Shown: in pieces, positions 11,969 through 26,600 of the stretch
Layout: every line of letters begins with the position of its first letter
Numbering within the stretch: position 1 is the first letter of the stretch
From: Auanema rhodensis
Taxonomy: Eukaryota > Animalia > Nematoda
Assembly (NCBI GenBank): GCA_964057225.1
Contig: CAXKVF010000077.1
Location: 496,001-560,000, forward strand
Direction: 5' to 3'
Length of the DNA stretch: 64,000 nt
Program-made: the position numbers and the translations under genes
The notes under the pieces: generated by a model
Told to the model about the DNA's origin: nothing
Databases searched by the model: none
The model's input: the letters and a program-made list of their open reading frames with translations, nothing else

Positions 11969-14900
11969 ATCTAATTTTGAAAACCGCATCTCTTTATCTT
12001 TCACGTGAAGCGAGTTACATACCAAGTGCACATCACGTGTACATTTAATTAGCATAAATTAAAGTTCACGTAAATTTCAAAGTCATGGTTACCATGAAGC
12101 AATATCAATAAAAATTTGTTTTTAGACTAATATGGACATGGGGAATCTAATTTTGAAAACCACATCTCTTTATCTTTCACGTGAAGCGAGTTACATACCA
12201 AGTGCACATCACGTGTACATTTAATTAGCATAAATTAAAGTTCACGTAAATTTCAAAGTCATGGTTACCATGAACCAATATCAATAAAAATTTGTTTTTA
12301 GACTAATATGGACATGGGGAATCTAATTTTGAAAACCGCATCTCTTTATCTTTCACGTGAAGCGAGTTACATACCAAGTGCACATCACGTGTACATTTAA
12401 TTAGCATAAATTAAAGTTCACGTAAATTTCAAAGTCATGGTTACCATGAACTAATATCAATAAAAATTTGTTTTTAGACTAATATGGACATGGGGAATCT
12501 AATTTTGAAAACCGCATCTCTTTATCTTTCACGTGAAGCGAGTTACATACCAAGTGCACATCACGTGTACATTTAATTAGCATAAATTAAAGTTCACGTA
12601 AATTTCAAAGTCATGGTTACCATGAACCAATATCAATAAAAATTTGTTTTTAGACTAATATGGACATGGGGAATCTAATTTTGAAAACCGCATCTCTTTA
12701 TCTTTCACGTGAAGCGAGTTACATACCAAGTGCACATCACGTGTACATTTAATTAGCATAAATTAAAGTTCACGTAAATTTCAAAGTCATGGTTACCATG
12801 AACCAATATCAATAAAAATTTGTTTTTAGACTAATATGGACATGGGGAATCTAATTTTGAAAACCGCATCTCTTTATCTTTCACGTGAAGCGAGTTACAT
12901 ACCAAGTGCACATCACGTGTACATTTAATTAGCATAAATTAAAGTTCACGTAAATTTCAAAGTCATGGTTACCATGAACCAATATCAATAAAAATTTGTT
13001 TTTAGACTAATATGGACATGGGGAATCTAATTTTGAAAACCGCATCTCTTTATCTTTCACGTGAAGCGAGTTACATACCAAGTGCACATCACGTGTACAT
13101 TTAATTAGCATAAATTAAAGTTCACGTAAATTTCAAAGTCATGGTTACCATGAACCAATATCAATAAAAATTTGTTTTTAGACTAATATGGACATGGGGA
13201 ATCTAATTTTGAAAACCGCATCTCTTTATCTTTCACGTGAAGCGAGTTACATACCAAGTGCACATCACGTGTACATTTAATTAGCATAAATTAAAGTTCA
13301 CGTAAATTTCAAAGTCATGGTTACCATGCACCAATATCAATAAAAATTTGTTTTTAGACTAATATGGACATGGGGAATCTAATTTTGAAAACCGCATCTC
13401 TTTATCTTTCACGTGAAGCGAGTTACATACCAAGTGCACATCACGTGTACATTTAATTAGCATAAATTAAAGTTCACGTAAATTTCAAAGTCATGGTTAC
13501 CATGCACCAATATCAATAAAAATTTGTTTTTAGACTAATATGGACATGGGGAATCTAATTTTGAAAACCGCATCTCTTTATCTTTCACGTGAAGCGAGTT
13601 ACATACCAAGTGCACATCACGTGTACATTTAATTAGCATAAATTAAAGTTCACGTAAATTTCAAAGTCATGGTTACCATGAACCAATATCGATAAAAATT
13701 TGTTTTTAGACTAATATGGACATGAGGAATCTAATTTTGAAAACCGCATCTCTTCATCTTTCACGTGAAGCGAGTTACATACCAAGTGCACATCACGTGT
13801 ACATTTAATTAGCATAAATTAAAGTTCACGTAAATTTCAAAGTCATGGTTACCATGCACCAATATCAATAAAAATTTGTTTTTAGACTAATATGGACATG
13901 GGGAATCTAATTTTGAAAACCGCATCTCTTTTTCTTTCACGTGAAGCGAGTTACATACCAAGTGCACATCACGTGTACATTTAATTAGCATAAATTAAAG
14001 TTCACGTAAATTTCAAAGTCATGGTTACCATGCACCAATATCAATAAAAATTTGTTTTCAGACTAATATGGACATGGGGAATCTAATTTTGAAAACCGCA
14101 TCTCTTTATCTTTCACGTGAAGCGAGTTACATACCAAGTGCACATCACGTGTACAATTAATTAGCATAAATTAAAGTTCACGTAAATTTCAAAGTCATGG
14201 TTACCATGAAGCAATATCAATAAAAATTTGTTTTTAGACTAATATGGATATGGGGAATCTAATTTTGGAAACCACATCTCTTTATCTTTCACGTGAAGCG
14301 AGTTACATACCAAGTGCACATCACGTGTACATTTAATTAGCATAAATTAAAGTTCACGTAAATTTCAAAGTCATGGTTACCATGAACCAATATCAATAAA
14401 AATTTGTTTTTAGACTAATATGGACATGGGGAATCTAATTTTGAAAACCGCATCTCTTTATCTTTCACGTGAAGCGAGTTACATACCAAGTGCACATCAC
14501 GTGTACATTTAATTAGCATAAATTAAAGTTCACGTAAATTTCAAAGTCATGGTTACCATGAACTAATATCAATAAAAATTTGTTTTTAGACTAATATGGA
14601 CATGGGGAATCTAATTTTGAAAACCGCATCTCTTTATCTTTCACGTGAAGCGAGTTACATACCAAGTGCACATCACGTGTACATTTAATTAGCATAAATT
14701 AAAGTTCACGTAAATTTCAAAGTCATGGTTACCATGAACCAATATCAATAAAAATTTGTTTTTAGACTAATATGGACATGGGGAATCTAATTTTGAAAAC
14801 CGCATCTCTTTATCTTTCACGTGAAGCGAGTTACATACCAAGTGCACATCACGTGTACATTTAATTAGCATAAATTAAAGTTCACGTAAATTTCAAAGTC

Positions 14901-17600
14901 ATGGTTACCATGAAGCAATATCAGTAAAAATTTGTTTTTAGACTAATATGGACATGGGGAATCTAATTTTGAAAACCACATCTCTTTATCTTTCACGTGA
15001 AGCGAGTTACATACCAAGTGCACATCACGTGTACATTTAATTAGCATAAATTAAAGTTCACGTAAATTTCAAAGTCATGGTTACCATGAACCAATATCAA
15101 TAAAAATTTGTTTTTAGACTAATATGGACATGGGGAATCTAATTTTGAAAACCGCATCTCTTTATCTTTCACGTGAAGCGAGTTACATACCAAGTGCACA
15201 TCACGTGTACATTTAATTAGCATAAATTAAAGTTCACGTAAATTTCAAAGTCATGGTTACCATGAACTAATATCAATAAAAATTTGTTTTTAGACTAATA
15301 TGGACATGGGGAATCTAATTTTGAAAACCGCATCTCTTTATCTTTCACGTGAAGCGAGTTACATACCAAGTGCACATCACGTGTACATTTAATTAGCATA
15401 AATTAAAGTTCACGTAAATTTCAAAGTCATGGTTACCATGAACCAATATCAATAAAAATTTGTTTTTAGACTAATATGGACATGGGGAATCTAATTTTGA
15501 AAACCGCATCTCTTTATCTTTCACGTGAAGCGAGTTACATACCAAGTGCACATCACGTGTACATTTAATTAGCATAAATTAAAGTTCACGTAAATTTCAA
15601 AGTCATGGTTACCATGAACCAATATCAATAAAAATTTGTTTTTAGACTAATATGGACATGGGGAATCTAATTTTGAAAACCGCATCTCTTTATCTTTCAC
15701 GTGAAGCGAGTTACATACCAAGTGCACATCACGTGTACATTTAATTAGCATAAATTAAAGTTCACGTAAATTTCAAAGTCATGGTTACCATGAACCAATA
15801 TCAATAAAAATTTGTTTTTAGACTAATATGGACATGGGGAATCTAATTTTGAAAACCGCATCTCTTTATCTTTCACGTGAAGCGAGTTACATACCAAGTG
15901 CACATCACGTGTACATTTAATTAGCATAAATTAAAGTTCACGTAAATTTCAAAGTCATGGTTACCATGAACCAATATCAATAAAAATTTGTTTTTAGACT
16001 AATATGGACATGGGGAATCTAATTTTGAAAACAGCATCTCTTTATCTTTCACGTGAAGCGAGTTACATACCAAGTGCACATCACGTGTACATTTAATTAG
16101 CATAAATTAAAGTTCACGTAAATTTCAAAGTCATGGTTACCATGCACCAATATCAATAAAAATTTGTTTTTAGACTAATATGGACATGGGGAATCTAATT
16201 TTGAAAACCGCATCTCTTTATCTTTCACGTGAAGCGAGTTACATACCAAGTGCACATCACGTGTACATTTAATTAGCATAAATTAAAGTTCACGTAAATT
16301 TCAAAGTCATGGTTACCATGCACCAATATCAATAAAAATTTGTTTTTAGACTAATATGGACATGGGGAATCTAATTTTGAAAACCGCATCTCTTTATCTT
16401 TCACGTGAAGCGAGTTACATACCAAGTGCACATCACGTGTACATTTAATTAGCATAAATTAAAGTTCACGTAAATTTCAAAGTCATGGTTACCATGAACC
16501 AATATCGATAAAAATTTGTTTTTAGACTAATATGGACATGAGGAATCTAATTTTGAAAACCGCATCTCTTCATCTTTCACGTGAAGCGAGTTACATACCA
16601 AGTGCACATCACGTGTACATTTAATTAGCATAAATTAAAGTTCACGTAAATTTCAAAGTCATGGTTACCATGCACCAATATCAATAAAAATTTGTTTTTA
16701 GACTAATATGGACATGGGGAATCTAATTTTGAAAACCGCATCTCTTTTTCTTTCACGTGAAGCGAGTTACATACCAAGTGCACATCACGTGTACATTTAA
16801 TTAGCATAAATTAAAGTTCACGTAAATTTCAAAGTCATGGTTACCATGCACCAATATCAATAAAAATTTGTTTTCAGACTAATATGGACATGGGGAATCT
16901 AATTTTGAAAACCGCATCTCTTTATCTTTCACGTGAAGCGAGTTACATACCAAGTGCACATCACGTGTACAATTAATTAGCATAAATTAAAGTTCACGTA
17001 AATTTCAAAGTCATGGTTACCATGAAGCAATATCAATAAAAATTTGTTTTTAGACTAATATGGATATGGGGAATCTAATTTTGGAAACCACATCTCTTTA
17101 TCTTTCACGTGAAGCGAGTTACATACCAAGTGCACATCACGTGTACATTTAATTAGCATAAATTAAAGTTCACGTAAATTTCAAAGTCATGGTTACCATG
17201 AACCAATATCAATAAAAATTTGTTTTTAGACTAATATGGACATGGGAAATCTAATTTTGAAAACCGCATCTCTTTATCTTTCACGTGAAGCGAGTTACAT
17301 ACCAAGTGCACATCACGTGTACATTTAATTAGCATAAATTAAAGTTCACGTAAATTTCAAAGTCATGGTTACCATGAACTAATATCAATAAAAATTTGTT
17401 TTTAGACTAATATGGACATGGGGAATCTAATTTTGAAAACCGCATCTCTTTATCTTTCACGTGAAGCGAGTTACATACCAAGTGCACATCACGTGTACAT
17501 TTAATTAGCATAAATTAAAGTTCACGTAAATTTCAAAGTCATGGTTACCATGAACCAATATCAATAAAAATTTGTTTTTAGACTAATATGGACATGGGGA
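11969..17600. repeat. Higher-order repeat: 16-monomer (2816-bp) unit, 2 tandem copies
   Basis: Rare variants pair at exactly 2816 bp, for example C169T at 14249 and 17065. A139G+G173A, T155C and A12G+G18A pair at the same offset. Confidence 0.9.
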
Positions 17601-20600
17601 ATCTAATTTTGAAAACCGCATCTCTTTATCTTTCACGTGAAGCGAGTTACATACCAAGTGCACATCACGTGTACATTTAATTAGCATAAATTAAAGTTCA
17701 CGTAAATTTCAAAGTCATGGTTACCATGCACCAATATCAATAAAAATTTGTTTTTAGACTAATATGGACATGGGGAATCTAATTTTGAAAACCGCATCTC
17801 TTTATCTTTCACGTGAAGCGAGTTACATACCAAGTGCACATCACGTGTACATTTAATTAGCATAAATTAAAGTTCACGTAAATTTCAAAGTCATGGTTAC
17901 CATGCACCAATATCAATAAAAATTTGTTTTTAGACTAATATGGACATGGGGAATCTAATTTTGAAAACCGCATCTCTTTATCTTTCACGTGAAGCGAGTT
18001 ACATACCAAGTGCACATCACGTGTACATTTAATTAGCATAAATTAAAGTTCACGTAAATTTCAAAGTCATGGTTACCATTAACCAATATCAATAAAAAAT
18101 TGTTTTTAGACTAATATGGACATGGGGAATCTAATTTTGAAAACCGCATCTCTTCATCTTTCACGTGAAGCGAGTTACATACCAAGTGCACATCACGTGT
18201 ACATTTAATTAGCATAAATTAAAGTTCACGTAAATTTCAAAGTCATGGTTACCATGCACCAATATCAATAAAAATTTGTTTTTAGACTAATATGGACATG
18301 GGGAATCTAATTTTGAAAACCGCATCTCTTTTTCTTTCACGTGAAGCGAGTTACATACCAAGTGCACATCACGTGTACATTTAATTAGAATAAATTAAAG
18401 TTCACGTAAATTTCAAAGTCATGGTTACCATGCACCAATATCAATAAAAATTTGTTTTTAGACTAATATGGACATGGGGAATCTAATTTTGAAAACCGCA
18501 TCTCTTTATCTTTCACGTGAAGCGAGTTACATACCAAGTGCACATCACGTGTACAATTAATTAGCATAAATTAAAGTTCACGTAAATTTCAAAGTCATGG
18601 TTACCATGAAGCAATATCAATAAAAATTTGTTTCTAGACTAAGATGGACATGGGGAATCTAATTTTGAAAACCGCATCTCTTTATCTTTCACGTGAAGCG
18701 AGTTACATACCAAGTGCACATCACGTGTACATTTAATTAGCATAAATTAAAGTTCACGTAAATTTCAAAGTCATGGTTACCATGAAGCAATATCAATAAA
18801 AATTTGTTTTTAGACTAATATGGACATGGGGAATCTAATTTTGAAAACCAAATCTCTTTATCTCTCACGTGAAGCGAGTTACATACCAAGTGCACATCAC
18901 GTGTACATTTAATTAGCATAAATTAAAGTTCACGTAAATTTCAAAGTCATGGTTACCATGAACCAATATCAATAAAAATTTGTTTTTAGACTAATATGGA
19001 CATGGGGAATCTAATTTTGAAAACCGCATCTCTTTATCTTTCACGTGAAGCGAGTTACATACCAAGTGCACATCACGTGTACATTTAATTAGCATAAATT
19101 AAAGTTCACGTAAATTTCAAAGTCATGGTTACCATGCACCAATATCAATAAAAATTTGTTTTTAGACTAATATGGACATGGGGAATCTAATTTTGAAAAC
19201 CGCATCTCTTTTTCTTTCACGTGAAGCGAGTTACATACCAAGTGCACATCACGTGTACATTTAATTAGAATAAATTAAAGTTCACGTAAATTTCAAAGTC
19301 ATGGTTACCATGCACCAATATCAATAAAAATTTGTTTTTAGACTAATATGGACATGGGGAATCTAATTTTGAAAACCGCATCTCTTTATCTTTCACGTGA
19401 AGCGAGTTACATACCAAGTGCACATCACGTGTACAATTAATTAGCATAAATTAAAGTTCACGTAAATTTCAAAGTCATGGTTACCATGAAGCAATATCAA
19501 TAAAAATTTGTTTCTAGACTAAGATGGACATGGGGAATCTAATTTTGAAAACCGCATCTCTTTATCTTTCACGTGAAGCGAGTTACATACCAAGTGCACA
19601 TCACGTGTACATTTAATTAGCATAAATTAAAGTTCACGTAAATTTCAAAGTCATGGTTACCATGAAGCAATATCAATAAAAATTTGTTTTTAGACTAATA
19701 TGGACATGGGGAATCTAATTTTGAAAACCAAATCTCTTTATCTCTCACGTGAAGCGAGTTACATACCAAGTGCACATCACGTGTACATTTAATTAGCATA
19801 AATTAAAGTTCACGTAAATTTCAAAGTCATGGTTACCATGAACCAATATCAATAAAAATTTGTTTTTAGACTAATATGGACATGGGGAATCTAATTTTGA
19901 AAACCGCATCTCTTTATCTTTCACGTGAAGCGAGTTACATACCAAGTGCACATCACGTGTACATTTAATTAGCATAAATTAAAGTTCACGTAAATTTCAA
20001 AGTCATGGTTACCATGAACTAATATCAATAAAAATTTGTTTTTAGACTAATATGGACATGGGGAATCTAATTTTGAAAACCGCATCTCTTTATCTTTCAC
20101 GTGAAGCGAGTTACATACCAAGTGCACATCACGTGTACATTTAATTAGCATAAATTAAAGTTCACGTAAATTTCAAAGTCATGGTTACCATGAACCAATA
20201 TCAATAAAAATTTGTTTTCAGACTAATATGGACATGGGGAATCTAATTTTGAAAACCGCATCTCTTTATCTTTCACGTGAAGCGAGTTACATACCAAGTG
20301 CACATCACGTGTACATTTAATTAGAATAAATTAAAGTTCACGTAAATTTCAAAGTCATGGTTACCATGCACCAATATCAATAAAAATTTGTTTTTAGACT
20401 AATATGGACATGGGGAATCTAATTTTGAAAACCGCATCTCTTTATCTTTCACGTGAAGCGAGTTACATACCAAGTGCACATCACGTGTACATTTAATTAG
20501 CATAAATTAAAGTTCACGTAAATTTCAAAGTCATGGTTACCATGCACCAATATCAATAAAAATTTGTTTTTAGACTAATATGGACATGGGGAATCTAATT

Positions 20601-23600
20601 TTGAAAACCGCATCTCTTTATCTTTCACGTGAAGCGAGTTACATACCAAGTGCACATCACGTGTACATTTAATTAGCATAAATTAAAGTTCACGTAAATT
20701 TCAAAGTCATGGTTACCATGAAGCAATATCAATAAAAATTTGTTTTTAGACTAATATGGACATGGAGAATCTAATTTTGAAAACCAAATCTCTTTATCTC
20801 TCACGTGAAGCGAGTTACATACCAAGTGCACATCACGTGTACATTTAATTAGCATAAATTAAAGTTCACGTAAATTTCAAAGTCATGGTTACCATGAACC
20901 AATATCAATAAAAATTTGTTTTTAGACTAATATGGACATGGGGAATCTAATTTTTAAAACCGCATCTCTTTATCTTTCACGTGAAGCGAGTTACATACCA
21001 AGTGCACATCACGTGTACATTTAATTAGCATAAATTAAAGTTCACGTAAATTTCAAAGTCATGGTTACCATGAACTAATATCAATAAAAATTTGTTTTTA
21101 GACTAATATGGACATGGGGAATCTAATTTTGAAAACCGCATCTCTTTATCTTTCACGTGAAGCGAGTTACATACCAAGTGCACATCACGTGTACATTTAA
21201 TTAGCATAAATTAAAGTTCACGTAAATTTCAAAGTCATGGTTACCATGAACCAATATCAATAAAAATTTGTTTTCAGACTAATATGGACATGGGGAATCT
21301 AATTTTGAAAACCGCATCTCTTTATCTTTCACGTGAAGCGAGTTACATACCAAGTGCACATCACGTGTACATTTAATTAGCATAAATTAAAGTTCACGTA
21401 AATTTCAAAGTCATGGTTACCATGAACCAATATCAATAAAAATTTGTTTTTAGACTAATATGGACATGGGGAATCTAATTTTGAAAACCGCATCTCTTTA
21501 TCTTTCACGTGAAGCGAGTTACATACCAAGTGCACATCACGTGTACATTTAATTAGCATAAATTAAAGTTCACGTAAATTTCAAAGTCATGGTTACCATG
21601 CACCAATATCAATAAAAATTTGTTTTTAGACTAATATGGACATGGGGAATCTAATTTTGAAAACCGCATCTCTTTATCTTTCACGTGAAGCGAGTTACAT
21701 ACCAAGTGCACATCACGTGTACATTTAATTAGCATAAATTAAAGTTCACGTAAATTTCAAAGTCATGGTTACCATGAACCAATATCAATAAAAATTTGTT
21801 TTTAGACTAATATGGACATGGGGAATCTAATTTTGAAAACCGCATCTCTTTATCTTTCACGTGAAGCGAGTTACATACCAAGTGCACATCACGTGTACAT
21901 TTAATTAGCATAAATTAAAGTTCACGTAAATTTCAAAGTCATGGTTACCATGCACCAATATCAATAAAAATTTGTTTTTATACTAATATGGACATGGGGA
22001 ATCTAATTTTGAAAACCGCATCTCTTTATCTTTCACGTGAAGCGAGTTACATACCAAGTGCACATCACGTGTACATTTAATTAGCATAAATTAAAGTTCA
22101 CGTAAATTTCAAAGTCATGGTTACCATGAACCAATATCAATAAAAATTTGTTTTTAGACTAATATGGACATGGGGAATCTAATTTTGAAAACCGCATCTC
22201 TTCATCTTTCACGTGAAGCGAGTTACATACCAAGTGCACATCACGTGTACATTTAATTAGCATAAATTAAAGTTCACGTAAATTTCAAAGTCATGGTTAC
22301 CATGAACTAATATCAATAAAAATTTGTTTTTAGACTAATATGGACATGGGGAATCTAATTTTGAAAACCGCATCTCTTTATCTTTCACGTGAAGCGAGTT
22401 ACATACCAAGTGCACATCACGTGTACATTTAATTAGCATAAATTAAAGTTCACGTAAATTTCAAAGTCATGGTTACCATGAACCAATATCAATAAAAATT
22501 TGTTTTTAGACTAATATGGACATGGGGAATCTAATTTTGAAAACCGCATCTCTTTATCTTTCACGTGAAGCGAGTTACATACCAAGTGCACATCACGTGT
22601 ACATTTAATTAGCATAAATTAAAGTTCACGTAAATTTCAAAGTCATGGTTACCATGCACCAATATCAATAAAAATTTGTTTTTAGACTAATATGGACATG
22701 GGGAATCTAATTTTGAAAACCGCATCTCTTTATCTTTCACGTGAAGCGAGTTACATACCAAGTGCACATCACGTGTACATTTAATTAGCATAAATTAAAG
22801 TTCACGTAAATTTCAAAGTCATGGTTACCATGCACCAATATCAATAAAAATTTGTTTTTAGACTAATATGGACATGGGGAATCTAATTTTGAAAACCGCA
22901 TCTCTTTATCTTTCACGTGAAGCGAGTTACATACCAAGTGCACATCACGTGTACATTTAATTAGCATAAATTAAAGTTCACGTAAATTTCAAAGTCATGG
23001 TTACCATTAACCAATATCAATAAAAAATTGTTTTTAGACTAATATGGACATGGGGAATCTAATTTTGAAAACCGCATCTCTTCATCTTTCACGTGAAGCG
23101 AGTTACATACCAAGTGCACATCACGTGTACATTTAATTAGCATAAATTAAAGTTCACGTAAATTTCAAAGTCATGGTTACCATGCACCAATATCAATAAA
23201 AATTTGTTTTTAGACTAATATGGACATGGGGAATCTAATTTTGAAAACCGCATCTCTTTTTCTTTCACGTGAAGCGAGTTACATACCAAGTGCACATCAC
23301 GTGTACATTTAATTAGAATAAATTAAAGTTCACGTAAATTTCAAAGTCATGGTTACCATGCACCAATATCAATAAAAATTTGTTTTTAGACTAATATGGA
23401 CATGGGGAATCTAATTTTGAAAACCGCATCTCTTTATCTTTCACGTGAAGCGAGTTACATACCAAGTGCACATCACGTGTACAATTAATTAGCATAAATT
23501 AAAGTTCACGTAAATTTCAAAGTCATGGTTACCATGAAGCAATATCAATAAAAATTTGTTTCTAGACTAAGATGGACATGGGGAATCTAATTTTGAAAAC

Positions 23601-26600
23601 CGCATCTCTTTATCTTTCACGTGAAGCGAGTTACATACCAAGTGCACATCACGTGTACATTTAATTAGCATAAATTAAAGTTCACGTAAATTTCAAAGTC
23701 ATGGTTACCATGAAGCAATATCAATAAAAATTTGTTTTTAGACTAATATGGACATGGGGAATCTAATTTTGAAAACCAAATCTCTTTATCTCTCACGTGA
23801 AGCGAGTTACATACCAAGTGCACATCACGTGTACATTTAATTAGAATAAATTAAAGTTCACGTAAATTTCAAAGTCATGGTTACCATGCACCAATATCAA
23901 TAAAAATTTGTTTTTAGACTAATATGGACATGGGGAATCTAATTTTGAAAACCGCATCTCTTTATCTTTCACGTGAAGCGAGTTACATACCAAGTGCACA
24001 TCACGTGTACAATTAATTAGCATAAATTAAAGTTCACGTAAATTTCAAAGTCATGGTTACCATGAAGCAATATCAATAAAAATTTGTTTCTAGACTAAGA
24101 TGGACATGGGGAATCTAATTTTGAAAACCGCATCTCTTTATCTTTCACGTGAAGCGAGTTACATACCAAGTGCACATCACGTGTACATTTAATTAGCATA
24201 AATTAAAGTTCACGTAAATTTCAAAGTCATGGTTACCATGAAGCAATATCAATAAAAATTTGTTTTTAGACTAATATGGACATGGGGAATCTAATTTTGA
24301 AAACCAAATCTCTTTATCTCTCACGTGAAGCGAGTTACATACCAAGTGCACATCACGTGTACATTTAATTAGCATAAATTAAAGTTCACGTAAATTTCAA
24401 AGTCATGGTTACCATGAAGCAATATCAATAAAAATTTGTTTTTAGACTAATATGGACATGGGGAATCTAATTTTGAAAACCAAATCTCTTTATCTCTCAC
24501 GTGAAGCGAGTTACATACCAAGTGCACATCACGTGTACATTTAATTAGCATAAATTAAAGTTCACGTAAATTTCAAAGTCATGGTTACCATGAACCAATA
24601 TCAATAAAAATTTGTTTTTAGACTAATATGGACATGGGGAATCTAATTTTGAAAACCGCATCTCTTTATCTTTCACGTGAAGCGAGTTACATACCAAGTG
24701 CACATCACGTGTACATTTAATTAGCATAAATTAAAGTTCACGTAAATTTCAAAGTCATGGTTACCATGAACTAATATCAATAAAAATTTGTTTTTAGACT
24801 AATATGGACATGGGGAATCTAATTTTGAAAACCGCATCTCTTTATCTTTCACGTGAAGCGAGTTACATACCAAGTGCACATCACGTGTACATTTAATTAG
24901 CATAAATTAAAGTTCACGTAAATTTCAAAGTCATGGTTACCATGAACCAATATCAATAAAAATTTGTTTTCAGACTAATATGGACATGGGGAATCTAATT
25001 TTGAAAACCGCATCTCTTTATCTTTCACGTGAAGCGAGTTACATACCAAGTGCACATCACGTGTACATTTAATTAGAATAAATTAAAGTTCACGTAAATT
25101 TCAAAGTCATGGTTACCATGCACCAATATCAATAAAAATTTGTTTTTAGACTAATATGGACATGGGGAATCTAATTTTGAAAACCGCATCTCTTTATCTT
25201 TCACGTGAAGCGAGTTACATACCAAGTGCACATCACGTGTACATTTAATTAGCATAAATTAAAGTTCACGTAAATTTCAAAGTCATGGTTACCATGCACC
25301 AATATCAATAAAAATTTGTTTTTAGACTAATATGGACATGGGGAATCTAATTTTGAAAACCGCATCTCTTTATCTTTCACGTGAAGCGAGTTACATACCA
25401 AGTGCACATCACGTGTACATTTAATTAGCATAAATTAAAGTTCACGTAAATTTCAAAGTCATGGTTACCATGAAGCAATATCAATAAAAATTTGTTTTTA
25501 GACTAATATGGACATGGAGAATCTAATTTTGAAAACCAAATCTCTTTATCTCTCACGTGAAGCGAGTTACATACCAAGTGCACATCACGTGTACATTTAA
25601 TTAGCATAAATTAAAGTTCACGTAAATTTCAAAGTCATGGTTACCATGAACCAATATCAATAAAAATTTGTTTTTAGACTAATATGGACATGGGGAATCT
25701 AATTTTTAAAACCGCATCTCTTTATCTTTCACGTGAAGCGAGTTACATACCAAGTGCACATCACGTGTACATTTAATTAGCATAAATTAAAGTTCACGTA
25801 AATTTCAAAGTCATGGTTACCATGAACTAATATCAATAAAAATTTGTTTTTAGACTAATATGGACATGGGGAATCTAATTTTGAAAACCGCATCTCTTTA
25901 TCTTTCACGTGAAGCGAGTTACATACCAAGTGCACATCACGTGTACATTTAATTAGCATAAATTAAAGTTCACGTAAATTTCAAAGTCATGGTTACCATG
26001 AACCAATATCAATAAAAATTTGTTTTCAGACTAATATGGACATGGGGAATCTAATTTTGAAAACCGCATCTCTTTATCTTTCACGTGAAGCGAGTTACAT
26101 ACCAAGTGCACATCACGTGTACATTTAATTAGCATAAATTAAAGTTCACGTAAATTTCAAAGTCATGGTTACCATGAACCAATATCAATAAAAATTTGTT
26201 TTTAGACTAATATGGACATGGGGAATCTAATTTTGAAAACCGCATCTCTTTATCTTTCACGTGAAGCGAGTTACATACCAAGTGCACATCACGTGTACAT
26301 TTAATTAGCATAAATTAAAGTTCACGTAAATTTCAAAGTCATGGTTACCATGCACCAATATCAATAAAAATTTGTTTTTAGACTAATATGGACATGGGGA
26401 ATCTAATTTTGAAAACCGCATCTCTTTATCTTTCACGTGAAGCGAGTTACATACCAAGTGCACATCACGTGTACATTTAATTAGCATAAATTAAAGTTCA
26501 CGTAAATTTCAAAGTCATGGTTACCATGAACCAATATCAATAAAAATTTGTTTTTAGACTAATATGGACATGGGGAATCTAATTTTGAAAACCGCATCTC

